From Candidatus Omnitrophota bacterium (GTDB lineage: Bacteria > Omnitrophota > Gorgyraeia > JABMRJ01), in the NCBI GenBank assembly GCA_013202745.1, contig JABMRJ010000062.1:1-41208 (forward strand): DNA of 41,208 bases. Reading direction: 5' to 3'. The position numbers were made by a program, and so were the translations under genes. The notes beneath the pieces were generated by a model that was not told the DNA's origin, searched no databases, and saw only the letters and a program-made list of their open reading frames with translations. Positions 8,442 to 18,553 of this stretch are shown piece by piece (the stretch's first letter is position 1; each line of letters begins with the position of its first letter).

Positions 8442-9698
8442 CTATGTACGGATCTGGCCGTTGCCAAATATCACATATTTGTAAGATGTAAGCTCGTGCA
8501 GCCCCATAGGACCGCGGGCATGCAGCTTATCCGTGGATATGCCTATCTCTGCCCCCATGCCAAACTCTCCGCCGTCTGTAAAACGTGTAGATGCATTCAA
8601 GTAGACGCTGGATGAGTCTACGCACCTTAAAAATTTCATGGCATTTGAGTAATTATCCGTGACTATCGTATCTGAATGCATGGAGCCGTAGCGCGCAATA
8701 TGGCCAATCGCCTCATCCAGACTTGAGACTACTTTGACAGCCAGTATGAGGTCGAGATATTCTTGAGACCAGTCGTTCTCTTTGGCCGCTTTCACGCCTC
8801 TTGCCATTGCCCTGGTCTTCTGGCACCCCCTGACCTCTACACCTTTATCCTGCAGCTCTTTTACCAATACAGGCAGGAATCTCGGCGCAATCTCGTTATG
8901 CACAAGGAGCGTCTCCATGGCATTGCATACACCCGGCCGCTGCACCTTTGCGTTTACCGCTATCCTGTGAGCCATATTTATGTCGGCATATCTATCTACA
9001 TAGACATGGCAAATCCCCTTATAATGCTTTATAACGGGTATGCGCGATTTAGAGACGACCTCTCTTATGAGCCCTTCTCCGCCGCGCGGCATCACCAGGT
9101 CTATATAATCAGCCTGCTTTAAGAGTATGCCTACGGCCTTGCGGTCTGTAGTCTTTACCATATTTATACTGCCGTCCGGCAGCTTAGATGCCTTTGCGGC
9201 GCTGTTTAGAATATCATAGATGGCGATGTTAGAGTTGATGGCTTCGCTTCCGCCTCTCAGTATGATGCTGTTTCCGGACTTCAGGCACAGGCCTACGCAG
9301 TCGCTGGTAACATTGGGCCTCGATTCATATATAATAGCTATAACACCTATGGGTACCCTCATCTTGCAGATCCAGAGGCCGTTCGGCCGTTTTTGGGTAT
9401 CGTAGACTACGCCCACCTCATCTTTTAATGACGCGACCGTCCTCAATCCATCTGCCATCGACTTCAAGCGCTTATCATTCAGCGTCAGCCGTTCTAACAT
9501 AGCAGCCGAGAGCCCTTTCCTTCGTGCATTCTTAACATCCAGGCGATTGGCCTTAAGTATAGCGGCCTTCTTTTTTATTAAATTCCGCGCCATCGACTTA
9601 AGGGCGCTGTTTTTCCTATCTGCGTCAAGTGTCGCCAGTACCCTGGATGCCTCTTTTGCCTTCTTGGCAATATTTATCATCTCATTGTCCAATGCCAT
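8442..9698 (-). CDS. proA: Gamma-glutamyl phosphate reductase
   Basis: 418 aa with full-length resemblance to ProA (..VIAIIYESRPNVT.., CNAMETLLVH, NASTRFTDGGEFG). It is adjacent to proB. Confidence 0.93.
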   Translation of the reverse strand: MALDNEMINIAKKAKEASRVLATLDADRKNSALKSMARNLIKKKAAILKANRLDVKNARRKGLSAAMLERLTLNDKRLKSMADGLRTVASLKDEVGVVYDTQKRPNGLWICKMRVPIGVIAIIYESRPNVTSDCVGLCLKSGNSIILRGGSEAINSNIAIYDILNSAAKASKLPDGSINMVKTTDRKAVGILLKQADYIDLVMPRGGEGLIREVVSKSRIPVIKHYKGICHVYVDRYADINMAHRIAVNAKVQRPGVCNAMETLLVHNEIAPRFLPVLVKELQDKGVEVRGCQKTRAMARGVKAAKENDWSQEYLDLILAVKVVSSLDEAIGHIARYGSMHSDTIVTDNYSNAMKFLRCVDSSSVYLNASTRFTDGGEFGMGAEIGISTDKLHARGPMGLHELTSYKYVIFGNGQIRT

Positions 9699-9708
9699 AT
9701 AGCGCTCC

Positions 9709-10824
9709 TCACAAGATCACGAGATTGTCGCGGTGGACGACCTCGTCATAATGTTTATATCCGAGTACACCCTGGATCTCATTCGTCTTTAATCCCCTGA
9801 TCTTCTTAAGCTCCAAAGCTGAATAATTGGTAAGCCCCCTTGCAAATTCATTGTTTGATTCGTCTACTATGCCCACCACATCACCTATTGCAAATCTCCC
9901 CTCTTCGCTTGTGATCCCTGAAGAGAGCAAGGACTTCTGCCCATCTATCAGCGCCGCTTTTGCGCCGCTGTCAACCTTGATCGTACCCTGAGGTCTCGAC
10001 GTATACGCTATCCAGTGCTTCCTTGCGCTTATACCCTGGCTCTTGGCGAGAAATAGTGTCCCTACGGTCCCGCCTTCTGCTATCTTGATGAGTATGTTCT
10101 CTTTACTGCCGTTTGCAATAATGCACGGTATGCCGGAGCTGGTAGCTATCTTGGCGGCCTGGAGTTTCGACCTCATCCCCCCGGTCCCGACTTTAGACTT
10201 CTGCCTTATCGCATAGTCTTCTACATCACGCGTGATCCGCTCTACGATGCCTATGCAGCGTATCCGCTTTTTCCGCTTTTCGTCATACTCGTAGAGACCG
10301 TCGACGTCGCTCAGTATAACGAGGAGGTCCGCATGTACCATATTTGCGACGAGGCTTGAGAGCCTGTCATTGTCGCCAAACTTAATCTCTTCGGTAGATA
10401 CGGTATCATTCTCGTTTATGACAGGTATGACTTTCTTATCGAGGAGCGTAAAGACCGTATTCTTGGCGTTGAGATAACGCTTCCTGTCCGTTAGATCATC
10501 CTGCGTCAGGAGTATCTGCGCTGCAACCAGGCGGCGTTTCTTGAAGGCCTCCTCATACATCCTCATAAGCGTGCTCTGGCCTATGGCGGCGCACGCCTGC
10601 AGCTGCGGCAGGGATTGCGGCCTTGCGCAGATATTGAGCATACCCATGCCCGCGCCGATGGCGCCTGAGCTGACTATAATAACCTCTGTGCCTCCATTGA
10701 TAATCTTTGCTATCTGGGCAGCAATATTTAGCATCCGCTTCTTGTCCAGACGGTTATCTTTAGACGTTATGGTACTCGTCCCTACCTTTATTACTATCCT
10801 CTTAAATCTTGTTTTCTTTACCAT
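9709..10824 (-). CDS. proB: Glutamate 5-kinase with C-terminal PUA domain
   Basis: 371 aa. Amino-acid kinase fold (IVIKVGTSTIT, VIIVSSGAIGAG, FGDNDRLS) plus a PUA-like C-terminus. Confidence 0.93.
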   Translation of the reverse strand: MVKKTRFKRIVIKVGTSTITSKDNRLDKKRMLNIAAQIAKIINGGTEVIIVSSGAIGAGMGMLNICARPQSLPQLQACAAIGQSTLMRMYEEAFKKRRLVAAQILLTQDDLTDRKRYLNAKNTVFTLLDKKVIPVINENDTVSTEEIKFGDNDRLSSLVANMVHADLLVILSDVDGLYEYDEKRKKRIRCIGIVERITRDVEDYAIRQKSKVGTGGMRSKLQAAKIATSSGIPCIIANGSKENILIKIAEGGTVGTLFLAKSQGISARKHWIAYTSRPQGTIKVDSGAKAALIDGQKSLLSSGITSEEGRFAIGDVVGIVDESNNEFARGLTNYSALELKKIRGLKTNEIQGVLGYKHYDEVVHRDNLVIL

Positions 10825-11778
10825 CTATAGCACCTCTTCTATAGCTTGAATCAGTTCTGTAAGACCTTCTTTATCCAGCGCGGATATCGGATAAACCTTC
10901 CTCTTAATAACTTCTGTAAAGCGCTTAAAATTCTCTTTTGCCTGCGGCAGATCCATTTTATTGCATGCGAGTATCTGTCTTTTTCTTAATAGCTTTTTAC
11001 TGTAGAGACCCAGCTCTTCATTTAGGCTGTGATAATCAGTTACAGGGTCCCTGCCATCTACTGCTGCCATGTCAACAATATGGAGAAGTATTTTTGTCCT
11101 CTCAACATGTCGCAGGAACTGGTGGCCCAATCCCCTTCCTGCGTGCGCACCTTTTATAAGGCCTGGTATATCTGCTATGACGAAATCGCGCTCCTGGCAC
11201 TTTACTACACCCAGCTTGGGCTCCTTGGTGGTAAAGGGATAGCTGGCTATCTTTGGCCTTGTATTAGATACGCTCGATATCAATGTCGACTTGCCGGCAT
11301 TTGGATAGCCTATTAATCCTACCTCGGCTATCAGTTTGAGCTCTAATATTACATCCCTCTCTACGCCCGGCGCGCCCTTGTTCGCCTGCCTGAACCTTGA
11401 ATTCCCCCTGCCGCCGCTTCCACCGGACGCTATTATGACACTTTGATCTACGCTTGAGAGGTCACGCAGCGTCTCACTCGTTTCTGCATCCATGATGACG
11501 GTGCCCGGAGGAACCCTTACAATGCAGTCTTCGCCCCTCCTGCCGGTCTTTTGGTTTGAGCTGCCATGCGAACCCGGCTTTGCCTTAAAGAGTTTTCTGT
11601 ATTGAAAATCTAATAGGGTTTGTATATTTCGGTCGGAAATTATTATACAATCCCCGCCATCTCCTCCGCTGCCGCCGTCCGGCTTGCCCCGCGGATTCAC
11701 CCTCGTTCTGTGAAAACTGTTGCAGCCGCTGCCGCCGTCTCCTGCCTTGAGATGGATCTTGGTTCTGTCTATAAACAC
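10825..11778 (-). CDS. obg: GTPase Obg/CgtA (short form without a C-terminal extension)
   Basis: Glycine-rich Obg fold (GGSGGDGGD, GGSGGRGN). G motifs GYPNAGKSTL, DIPGLIKGA and NKMD. It follows rplU-rpmA. Confidence 0.9.
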   Translation of the reverse strand: MFIDRTKIHLKAGDGGSGCNSFHRTRVNPRGKPDGGSGGDGGDCIIISDRNIQTLLDFQYRKLFKAKPGSHGSSNQKTGRRGEDCIVRVPPGTVIMDAETSETLRDLSSVDQSVIIASGGSGGRGNSRFRQANKGAPGVERDVILELKLIAEVGLIGYPNAGKSTLISSVSNTRPKIASYPFTTKEPKLGVVKCQERDFVIADIPGLIKGAHAGRGLGHQFLRHVERTKILLHIVDMAAVDGRDPVTDYHSLNEELGLYSKKLLRKRQILACNKMDLPQAKENFKRFTEVIKRKVYPISALDKEGLTELIQAIEEVL

Positions 11779-11782
11779 GTGC

Positions 11783-12025
11783 TTATGCGGGGATTACGTT
11801 TATCTTCTTGGTTGGGGTAAAGCCTATCTTCCCATCGCATAACGCGAAGATAGTGTGATCTCTTCCCATTGAGGTATTTAGCCCCGGACTGAACCGCGTT
11901 CCGCGCTGTCTGACTATGATATTGCCCGCTCTTGCAAGCTGGCCGCCATATAACTTTACGCCCAGCCGCTTTGCATTACTATCCCTGCCGTTACGACTGC
12001 TGCCGAGTCCTTTTTTATGTGCCAT
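11783..12025 (-). CDS. rpmA: 50S ribosomal protein L27
   Basis: [24 protein letters not shown].. is the canonical L27 N-terminus. Confidence 0.95.
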   Translation of the reverse strand: MAHKKGLGSSRNGRDSNAKRLGVKLYGGQLARAGNIIVRQRGTRFSPGLNTSMGRDHTIFALCDGKIGFTPTKKINVIPA

Positions 12026-12035
12026 TGCCCTCTCC

Positions 12036-12350
12036 TTAAGCTACGCTGATATCCTTTACCTTCAGCTTCGTATAGGTCTGTCTGTGGCCTATCTTCTTCT
12101 GATAACCTTTTCTGCGCTTCTTTTTGAAGGATATCGACTTCTTACCCCGGAAATCACCCAATACCTCGCAATTTACCTTTATATTCTTCAGATAGGGTTT
12201 GCCGATCTCCACGTCTTTGCCATCCGCATAAAGGAGTACCTTATCAAGCTTTACGTCTTTTCCGGAAGCCTTGTCGAGCTTCTCCACCTCAAAGACATCG
12301 TTCTTTGAGATGCGATATTGCTTGCTTCCTGTCTCTACTATAACGTACAT
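12036..12350 (-). CDS. rplU: 50S ribosomal protein L21
   Basis: [14 protein letters not shown].. I placed the start at the ATG at 12350, which follows GGAGG. The track's extra 4 codons begin at a TTG inside the RBS. Confidence 0.93.
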   Translation of the reverse strand: MYVIVETGSKQYRISKNDVFEVEKLDKASGKDVKLDKVLLYADGKDVEIGKPYLKNIKVNCEVLGDFRGKKSISFKKKRRKGYQKKIGHRQTYTKLKVKDISVA

Positions 12351-12384
12351 ATTTACCTCCAACCCCTATGATATTTGAGCCAAT

Positions 12385-12414
12385 ATATTACCATATAATT
12401 ATATTACTTGTCAA
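12385..12414 (-). promoter_or_regulatory. Sigma70-like promoter for rplU-rpmA-obg
   Basis: On the minus strand: TTGACA (12414-12409, overlapping the last rng codons), an 18-nt spacer, then TGgTAATAT, an extended -10 (12390-12385). Confidence 0.4.
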
Positions 12415-13915
12415 GGGAATCTATTACGATCTGCTCAATATGGAAGGCAGGGTTCTCCCTCAATATTACCTTGCGCCTATACCTGTTTTCAAGGGCTGAG
12501 ATCGTTGACCTATCTACTGTCAAAAGGTGCCTGTGTACATCGGGATGGATATATAAGACGAGCCGTTTTCTCGGTTGCTTCTTAAGCGCATGGGCCAGTT
12601 CCCTCTTTGCCTCTATGGATACCGTGACTACAGACTTTACAGACCCCCTACCGTTGCAATATGGACATATCTTGTAAGAGAGGCTCTCAACGCTTTTCCT
12701 CATCCTCTGCCTAGTCATCTCTACAAGGCCAAGCGCAGAGATATTGAGAACCTTCGTCTTTGCCTTATCGCGCCTGAGTGACTCTTTAAGGGTTTCGAAG
12801 ACGCGCTGCCTGTGCTCCCTTGCCTCCATGTCTATAAAATCTATCACTATAATACCGCCCATGTCGCGCAGCCTCATCTGCCTCGATATCTCCCTGGCTG
12901 CCTCCAGATTTGTATTGAAGGCGGTCTCTTCGAGAGACTTCCTGCCGACATAGCCGCCCGTATTCACATCTATCGCCACCAGGCTCTCGGTCTGCTCAAT
13001 TATGATATAGCCCTTGTTCTTAAGATATATCCTGTTCTCATAAATCTTATCGATCTCTTTCTCTATGCCAAAGCGCTCAAAGAGCGGCGTCTCTCCGCGG
13101 TAGTATTTAAGCCTGAGCCTTAATGACGGGTTGAGAATGCCGATAAAGCGGGCAATCTTCCTGAACTCTTCCTTGTCATCAACGATAAGCCTGTTTACGT
13201 CCTTTGTAAATAGATCCCTTACGACCCGGAGCGCCAGATCGTGTTCGCGATGGATAAGTGAGGGCGCCTTGGCAGAGCTTGAATCACGCTTAACCTTTTC
13301 CCACACATTTGAGAGATAATTAACCTCCGCAGCAAATGCCCTCCTGCCGCAACCAATTCCGGCTGTACGGGCGATGAATCCGCCTTTCCTGGATTTCCCC
13401 AGGGAGGCAAGATCTCTTTTTATCCTGGCGCGCTCAGAATCCTTCTTTATACGTTTTGATACGCCGATCCTCGACTCATGAGGCATATAAACAATCAGCC
13501 TGCCGGGGAGTGATACATGTGTAGTAAGCCGTGCCCCTTTTGTCCCTATAGGTTCTTTTACGATCTGGACGAGCAGCTCCTGCCCCTTTTTTAAGAGGTT
13601 CGTTATCTGCGGCATAGACTCTTTCTTATGCCTCGAGCTCCTCTTATGCTCTGTGGATTCGGAAAAAAGCTCCTCTATGTCTGGAGGTGTCTCAACGATA
13701 TCGCTTACGTGCATAAAACCATTCTTCTCTAAGCCTATATCTATAAACGCTGCTGCCATCCCGGGCAGGATGGCATTCACCCTTCCTTTATAGATATTTC
13801 CTACGAGTCTTTGCTGGTCGGCCCTCTCTACATAAAATTCTTCGAGTGCATTGCTTTCAAGTATGGCAACCCTCTTCTCCTGTGCTTCTACATTTATGAG
13901 TATCTGTTTATACAT
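12404..13915 (-). CDS. rng: Ribonuclease G/E family endoribonuclease
   Basis: 503 aa. S1 domain (GNIYKGRVNAILPGMAAAFIDIG), catalytic region (AIDVNTGG.., IIVIDFIDM) and a Zn-link-like CPYCNGRG. Confidence 0.85.
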   Translation of the reverse strand: MYKQILINVEAQEKRVAILESNALEEFYVERADQQRLVGNIYKGRVNAILPGMAAAFIDIGLEKNGFMHVSDIVETPPDIEELFSESTEHKRSSRHKKESMPQITNLLKKGQELLVQIVKEPIGTKGARLTTHVSLPGRLIVYMPHESRIGVSKRIKKDSERARIKRDLASLGKSRKGGFIARTAGIGCGRRAFAAEVNYLSNVWEKVKRDSSSAKAPSLIHREHDLALRVVRDLFTKDVNRLIVDDKEEFRKIARFIGILNPSLRLRLKYYRGETPLFERFGIEKEIDKIYENRIYLKNKGYIIIEQTESLVAIDVNTGGYVGRKSLEETAFNTNLEAAREISRQMRLRDMGGIIVIDFIDMEAREHRQRVFETLKESLRRDKAKTKVLNISALGLVEMTRQRMRKSVESLSYKICPYCNGRGSVKSVVTVSIEAKRELAHALKKQPRKRLVLYIHPDVHRHLLTVDRSTISALENRYRRKVILRENPAFHIEQIVIDSLDK

Positions 13916-13917
13916 GA

Positions 13918-14220
13918 TTATATAATCGCCGCCTCCAAAATATTTATACCCTCGGGGAGCGTTCTTTGCAATTTAAGCTTTAGCTCCGCGGGTCTTATAC
14001 ATTTATCCAGCCTGAATACAGCCTCAAGCGAACTCGACTCCATGCCTAATTTAATAGCAGGCTGTATGCTTATCCTCGGCCTGGGATTGAATCCTTTCGA
14101 GAGCGATACATCTATGCATGCCCTCCGCGCAGCCCTCTGGAAAAGGCGCATCAAGTCGAGATGGGATATGAACCTCATAATGCCCTTTTTTGCAAAAACT
14201 ATCCTGACCTTTTCATTCAT
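13918..14220 (-). CDS. DUF2344 / TIGR03936-like radical-SAM-linked protein, N-terminal half only (100 aa)
   Basis: MNEKVRIVFAKKGIMRFISHLDLMRLFQRAARRA..SKGFNPRPRIS matches the conserved N-terminus of this family from memory. I placed the start at the ATG at 14220; the track's 42-codon extension overlaps pilQ. The gene ends 3 nt before rng. Confidence 0.65.
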   Translation of the reverse strand: MNEKVRIVFAKKGIMRFISHLDLMRLFQRAARRACIDVSLSKGFNPRPRISIQPAIKLGMESSSLEAVFRLDKCIRPAELKLKLQRTLPEGINILEAAII

Positions 14221-14227
14221 AACGAGA

Positions 14228-15778
14228 CTATCTTGCCTTCCAGGGCAGCTCCCACCACTTCTTTTGCAGCTTTCTAACGGGCAATGCCCCTGAGACCTGT
14301 TTATCCTTAGGCTGCGGTATATTTGCGTATTTGACATTCGGGTCAACCTTAGTCTGCCACTTCTCCTTAACGAGATGGACGGTTATGAATATTATAAGCT
14401 CCGTCCTGTCTACAATCTTCTCTTTCTTAGAGAAGAGATAATCACCTATGAAGGGTATATCGCCAAGAAGCGGGAGTTTTGTCTTTCTGTCCGCTGTAGA
14501 CTTAGTAATCAGGCCGCCGAGCATTATAGTATCGCCGTCCCTTACCATGACCTCAGCCTCTGCTTCTCTGACAGTAAATACTGTAGCCACAATGCCGCGG
14601 CTCTGGTCCAGCGTCTGCGTCCCGGAAAATGAACTGACCTGCGGTTTCAATTCTACAACTATATCGCCTTCCCTGTTTATATGGGGCGTTACGTTCAGGA
14701 CAACACCGAGCTCTCTCTTGCCCTCTTCTCCCAGGCTCGTCATCTCGAGCGTCCCGGTCTCCTCATTCCTCTCGAATGTAGGGAAGAACATGGTGTCGCC
14801 TACATGGATGCTAGACTTTTTGTTATTCAGTGTCGTTATCCTGGGGTTTGACAATATATCTGTATCTGTCCTCGATTCGAGATACTCAAGGACCGCCTGA
14901 AATGATGAAAAATCGAGAGTTCCGAATGCAAACTGATCCGTCTCCACAAACGGAAATATTGACTTCTCCCTTATCTCACCCCCTGGGAATTCCGATTCGG
15001 TCGTCCCTGCATACTGATCGCCTGGTGTGGCAGGATCCGAATTGCCTATAGCGAAGAATTTGTCTACATTATCCTCGAGGCTTGTTGTCACGCGCCGCGT
15101 AAATGGGAAAGTAGTAGGTTTCTTGGCGCCCATAACTGAGATCTTCGCATGCCAGTCTATGCCCAGGTATTCATCATCATCGAGCCTCGTCTCTATAATC
15201 TTCGCCTCTATAAGCACCTGAGGTGTCCTCATATCAAGCTTCTTGACTATTTGACCGATCTTATAGAGGTTTGTGGGGATGTCTGTCGCTATTACTACGT
15301 TCGTCCTCGCATCATACTTGGCTTTTCCCCTCGCAGTAAGCATCTCCTGTATAGACTCGACCACCTCTTCGGATTTTGCATAATTCAGAGTATATACCTC
15401 GGTCGTAAGCTCTTCCTGCTTCAGGCTCTCAATCGTAGTAACGCGGATGATATTCCCCTCCCTTTCATATGCAAAGCCATAGGTCCTCAGGACAACATCA
15501 AGCGCCTTTTCCCACGGGACATCGGTGAGCCTTATGGTCACAAATCCTGCGACCTCGGGGCCTGCCACTATATTTACGCCGCCTTTATATGAGAGGATCC
15601 TTAGCACATTATGGATGTCGGCATTCTTAAAATCCATAGTGACATTCCCGTCTTTGGACGCACCTGCAGCCATGGGGTCATTGCCGGGAGAGGCCCCCTG
15701 AGCATATCCTACAGGGTTTATGGCAAAGACAAAAAATGATGACGCCAGTAAAAATATAAATGCCCTATTCTTCTTCAT
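14228..15778 (-). CDS. pilQ: Type IV pilus secretin PilQ
   Basis: 516 aa. Signal peptide, secretin N-domains (NFKNADIHNVLRILS) and a secretin C-domain (VMVRDGDTIMLGGL..KLPLLGDIPFIGDYLF). It is the last gene of the pilMNOPQ unit. Confidence 0.9.
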   Translation of the reverse strand: MKKNRAFIFLLASSFFVFAINPVGYAQGASPGNDPMAAGASKDGNVTMDFKNADIHNVLRILSYKGGVNIVAGPEVAGFVTIRLTDVPWEKALDVVLRTYGFAYEREGNIIRVTTIESLKQEELTTEVYTLNYAKSEEVVESIQEMLTARGKAKYDARTNVVIATDIPTNLYKIGQIVKKLDMRTPQVLIEAKIIETRLDDDEYLGIDWHAKISVMGAKKPTTFPFTRRVTTSLEDNVDKFFAIGNSDPATPGDQYAGTTESEFPGGEIREKSIFPFVETDQFAFGTLDFSSFQAVLEYLESRTDTDILSNPRITTLNNKKSSIHVGDTMFFPTFERNEETGTLEMTSLGEEGKRELGVVLNVTPHINREGDIVVELKPQVSSFSGTQTLDQSRGIVATVFTVREAEAEVMVRDGDTIMLGGLITKSTADRKTKLPLLGDIPFIGDYLFSKKEKIVDRTELIIFITVHLVKEKWQTKVDPNVKYANIPQPKDKQVSGALPVRKLQKKWWELPWKAR

Positions 15779-16163
15779 AATTTTCTCCTTTCTTAACCAA
15801 ACCTACTTGAGTTTCTACTCCGTTAATAATAAGTGTCACACTCTTTTTTTCTATTTTCTTTATCTTCACATCCCCTTCTTCCTGGCCTTCTACTACGATG
15901 ACATTGTTTATTACTGCTATAGAACTGCCTCCCGGGTCCCAGGCTATCCCCTCCAGGGTTATATCGTCCGCAGTGCGGACATCACTGAGCCTGGTAGACT
16001 TTTCCCTGCCCTTTGTTATGAGAGGAATAAATGGATCCCTGTTATCATTCTGATCATATATGAAATACTCCTCAGCCTGGACAGAGATATATACAGGCGC
16101 CTGCACCGAGACGGCTAGAAATATAAGCATGGCAATGATCTTAAACATCGCTTCCTTTCGCAA
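15765..16163 (-). CDS. PilP-like small periplasmic protein (signal peptide, no lipobox)
   Basis: 132 aa. It sits between pilO and pilQ. It has a signal peptide (..FLAVSVQA) and a C-terminal beta-rich segment (GIAWDPGGSSIAVINNVIVVEGQE..). The assignment rests mainly on position. The start may be the internal MFKII. Confidence 0.5.
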   Translation of the reverse strand: MRKEAMFKIIAMLIFLAVSVQAPVYISVQAEEYFIYDQNDNRDPFIPLITKGREKSTRLSDVRTADDITLEGIAWDPGGSSIAVINNVIVVEGQEEGDVKIKKIEKKSVTLIINGVETQVGLVKKGENYEEE

Positions 16164-16725
16164 TCAATATATATGTGCTTAAGATAAGCTTGATATTATG
16201 TCTCTTGATGTTTTCCGGATTGGCGTTTATATCCATATCCTTTACCATAATAAATCTGTCGCCTGTCTCGAGCCTCTGAAGAAACTGCCCCAATTCGTGA
16301 TAACCGCATTGGGCTACAATCTCAATAGGTATCTCCTGGTAGACTACATTCTTCTCTGCCGCGCGCAGACCCTCCCTGCCAAAAGGCCTTATACCGATAA
16401 TCTTAACACGGGACTTACCTGCTATGCTCGAAAGGCTTTCGAGCAGCTTGGGAACCTCTTCTTCGCTCGGGAATATCTCTTTATATTCGTCCATCTTAAG
16501 GCGCGCTTGGGCTTCATTCTGCTCTATCGTTTTTCTTGTTGATATAAGTTCTTTTGCATCCGCAAGGTCTGCCTTCAGGACGGAGACTTTTGGCAATAAA
16601 TTCATTAACTCATCTATCGATGGCTTGAATAACAAATTGAAGTAGACAGCCGCAATTATCATTACAAAGAGGACTGAGAGGAGCGTCTTTTCGCGCTTGT
16701 TCCTTCCCAACTTAACGCCTGCCAT
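16141..16725 (-). CDS. pilO: Type IV pilus alignment protein PilO
   Basis: 194 aa. One N-terminal TM segment, a coiled coil and a ferredoxin-like C-terminus. Its start overlaps the pilN stop by 1 nt (TAATG). Confidence 0.72.
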   Translation of the reverse strand: MAGVKLGRNKREKTLLSVLFVMIIAAVYFNLLFKPSIDELMNLLPKVSVLKADLADAKELISTRKTIEQNEAQARLKMDEYKEIFPSEEEVPKLLESLSSIAGKSRVKIIGIRPFGREGLRAAEKNVVYQEIPIEIVAQCGYHELGQFLQRLETGDRFIMVKDMDINANPENIKRHNIKLILSTYILIAKGSDV

Positions 16726-17417
16726 TACATCGTTCCTTTCTTAACGCTTGCTTCCTTAAAATACGAATTGATCTTAAAACTCATCGTCTCCGTATCACCG
16801 ATTTTATTCAATTCTGTGGAGACGAGCTCTATATTTGAAAAATCTCTAAAGAAATCTGCGTCGCTTTTTAATCTCTCTATAAACTTTCCTATGATAGCAA
16901 GTTCGTCACCGAATGAAGAGGATACCTCGCCTTCGATATTCAGATAGGACACAATTAAATTCTGTGAAGTTTTATTTCGGGAGCTTGTGCCGATATCCTT
17001 CTTTAACAAACCCGTCCTATTCTTTTCTATGACAACTGTTTTCTTGTCGATAGAGACCCTGGTAAACCATACACCGGGTATTATGAGGTCGCTGAGCTGA
17101 TTCAGTTTCTTGGACCAGAGAATCTTTTTATGTGTCAGGGATTCTATCGCATCAAGCCGCTTCTTTACACTAAGACCGTCTCTTTTGATAAGCTCTATAG
17201 ATTCTTTCTCTTCCCTGATGGACGACCACCCTCTCTCCATCTTTCCATAGGCGGCCTTGTTTACCCTGATAACGGTTATGAAGACGAGATGTGTCACAAC
17301 AAAGAAGATGGCGATGCCGACAGCAGCAGGCAAAAATGCCGCTGTCGCGTCAGGTATCTTAAATGCCTTCCGCTTAGCCTTAAGCTCATCAGGTAAAAGA
17401 TTAATCTCTATCATCAC
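16725..17417 (-). CDS. pilN: Type IV pilus alignment protein PilN
   Basis: 230 aa. N-terminal EINLLP motif (the PilM-binding peptide) followed by a single TM segment. Confidence 0.75.
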   Translation of the reverse strand: MMIEINLLPDELKAKRKAFKIPDATAAFLPAAVGIAIFFVVTHLVFITVIRVNKAAYGKMERGWSSIREEKESIELIKRDGLSVKKRLDAIESLTHKKILWSKKLNQLSDLIIPGVWFTRVSIDKKTVVIEKNRTGLLKKDIGTSSRNKTSQNLIVSYLNIEGEVSSSFGDELAIIGKFIERLKSDADFFRDFSNIELVSTELNKIGDTETMSFKINSYFKEASVKKGTM

Positions 17418-17418
17418 T

Positions 17419-18417
17419 TCATCGCCTTACGGCGAGCCCCACAGCTATGGGGAGCTCTGCCTTTAGGTCTCTCAGCTTTTGGATTTCTATATCTTTATCG
17501 GCCTTTAAGAATCTAAACGGCCCCCACTGGCTGCACTCTACGCCGAAGCTTTCTGCAAAGATTTCCGTTAATCCTTTCAGGTTTGAGAGCCCGCCGCTTA
17601 ATAAGATCTTGTTTACTGAAATGCCTGCCTGGTTTTCATAAAAGCTGAGAGAAAGCTTAACCTCTTCTATCATGTTGGCAAGTATCGGCTTTGCCATCTC
17701 CATCAATTCATTATATCTATCGCCGGGATTCTCTTTGAACTCCGCGGCCTCGCTCAAGCCGAGATTGAGCTTTTCTGATATGGCCTTATCGATATCTATG
17801 CCGCCCATCTCGAGCTCCCTGGTAAAGGCCGCATAACGCCCCTTCAATATGTTTATCATCGTCAAATTGTCTCCAATGTGTATCAAGGCAGTATTCGCAC
17901 TCGTATCTAAATCAGGGAAGGTCAAAAGGAATGCATTTATTAAAGCGAATGAATCGCAGTCGATTATATTGAGCGTAAGGCCGGCCCTCTGTGACATCTT
18001 GACCAGCTCTGAAATTGCTATCTTTTTTGCCGCGACAAGGAGCACCTGCATCTTACCGTGGCTCGCCTGTTCGATTATCTGACAATCTATGTTGACATCG
18101 TTAAGATCGAATGGTATATGCTTCTCTGCCTCAAATCTCATTGAGCTCTTCATCTCATCCTCTGTCATCTCCGGAAGCTCTACATACCTCACAACTACTG
18201 AGGGGCCCGAGATCGCTATATTGGCCTCTTTAAAAGAATATTTGCCGGCCATGCGAACAAGCTCTTTTACGTACCCGTCCGCTGTCTTTTCGCCAACTTT
18301 TACAATATCAAAATTCATGAGCACAGGATTATCTGCATTGCCTGACAGCTGGACGATCTTTATAGATGAGCTCCCAATATCTATGCCGGTATTTAATTTC
18401 AACCGTTTGTGCTTCAT
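17419..18417 (-). CDS. pilM: Type IV pilus assembly ATPase-fold protein PilM
   Basis: 332 aa with an actin/FtsA-like fold (GIDIGSSSIKIVQL, LIHIGDNLT, SGGLSN). It is followed by pilN. Confidence 0.9.
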   Translation of the reverse strand: MKHKRLKLNTGIDIGSSSIKIVQLSGNADNPVLMNFDIVKVGEKTADGYVKELVRMAGKYSFKEANIAISGPSVVVRYVELPEMTEDEMKSSMRFEAEKHIPFDLNDVNIDCQIIEQASHGKMQVLLVAAKKIAISELVKMSQRAGLTLNIIDCDSFALINAFLLTFPDLDTSANTALIHIGDNLTMINILKGRYAAFTRELEMGGIDIDKAISEKLNLGLSEAAEFKENPGDRYNELMEMAKPILANMIEEVKLSLSFYENQAGISVNKILLSGGLSNLKGLTEIFAESFGVECSQWGPFRFLKADKDIEIQKLRDLKAELPIAVGLAVRR

Positions 18418-18433
18418 GGGTACTCGTGCCCTT

Positions 18434-18553
18434 CTATGCCGCTTGAGCAGACTGCCTGCGGATTATCTCCGAGGTCCGTGAGTTCGTAATTTCCGCAATA
18501 ATGGCCACAACTATCATCATCTCGACAATAGTAAGCCCAACCCTCGCAATCAA
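18434..18553 (-). pseudogene. Prepilin N-terminal remnant (39 codons from a TTG)
   Basis: Hand translation gives (M)IARVG/LTIVEMMIVVAIIAEITNSRTSEIIRRQSAQAA*. The G/LTIVE..VVAII segment is a class III signal with Glu at +5 and parallels KG/FTLVEIMIVVAIIG of the adjacent pilA. There is no globular domain and no clear RBS. Confidence 0.4.

Noticed and set aside
14221-14346. 42-codon N-terminal extension of the DUF2344-like ORF given in the track (start at 14346)
   Set aside because: The extension overlaps the pilQ C-terminus in another frame and has Cys/Arg-rich nonsense composition. The family-conserved sequence begins exactly at the internal Met at 14220.
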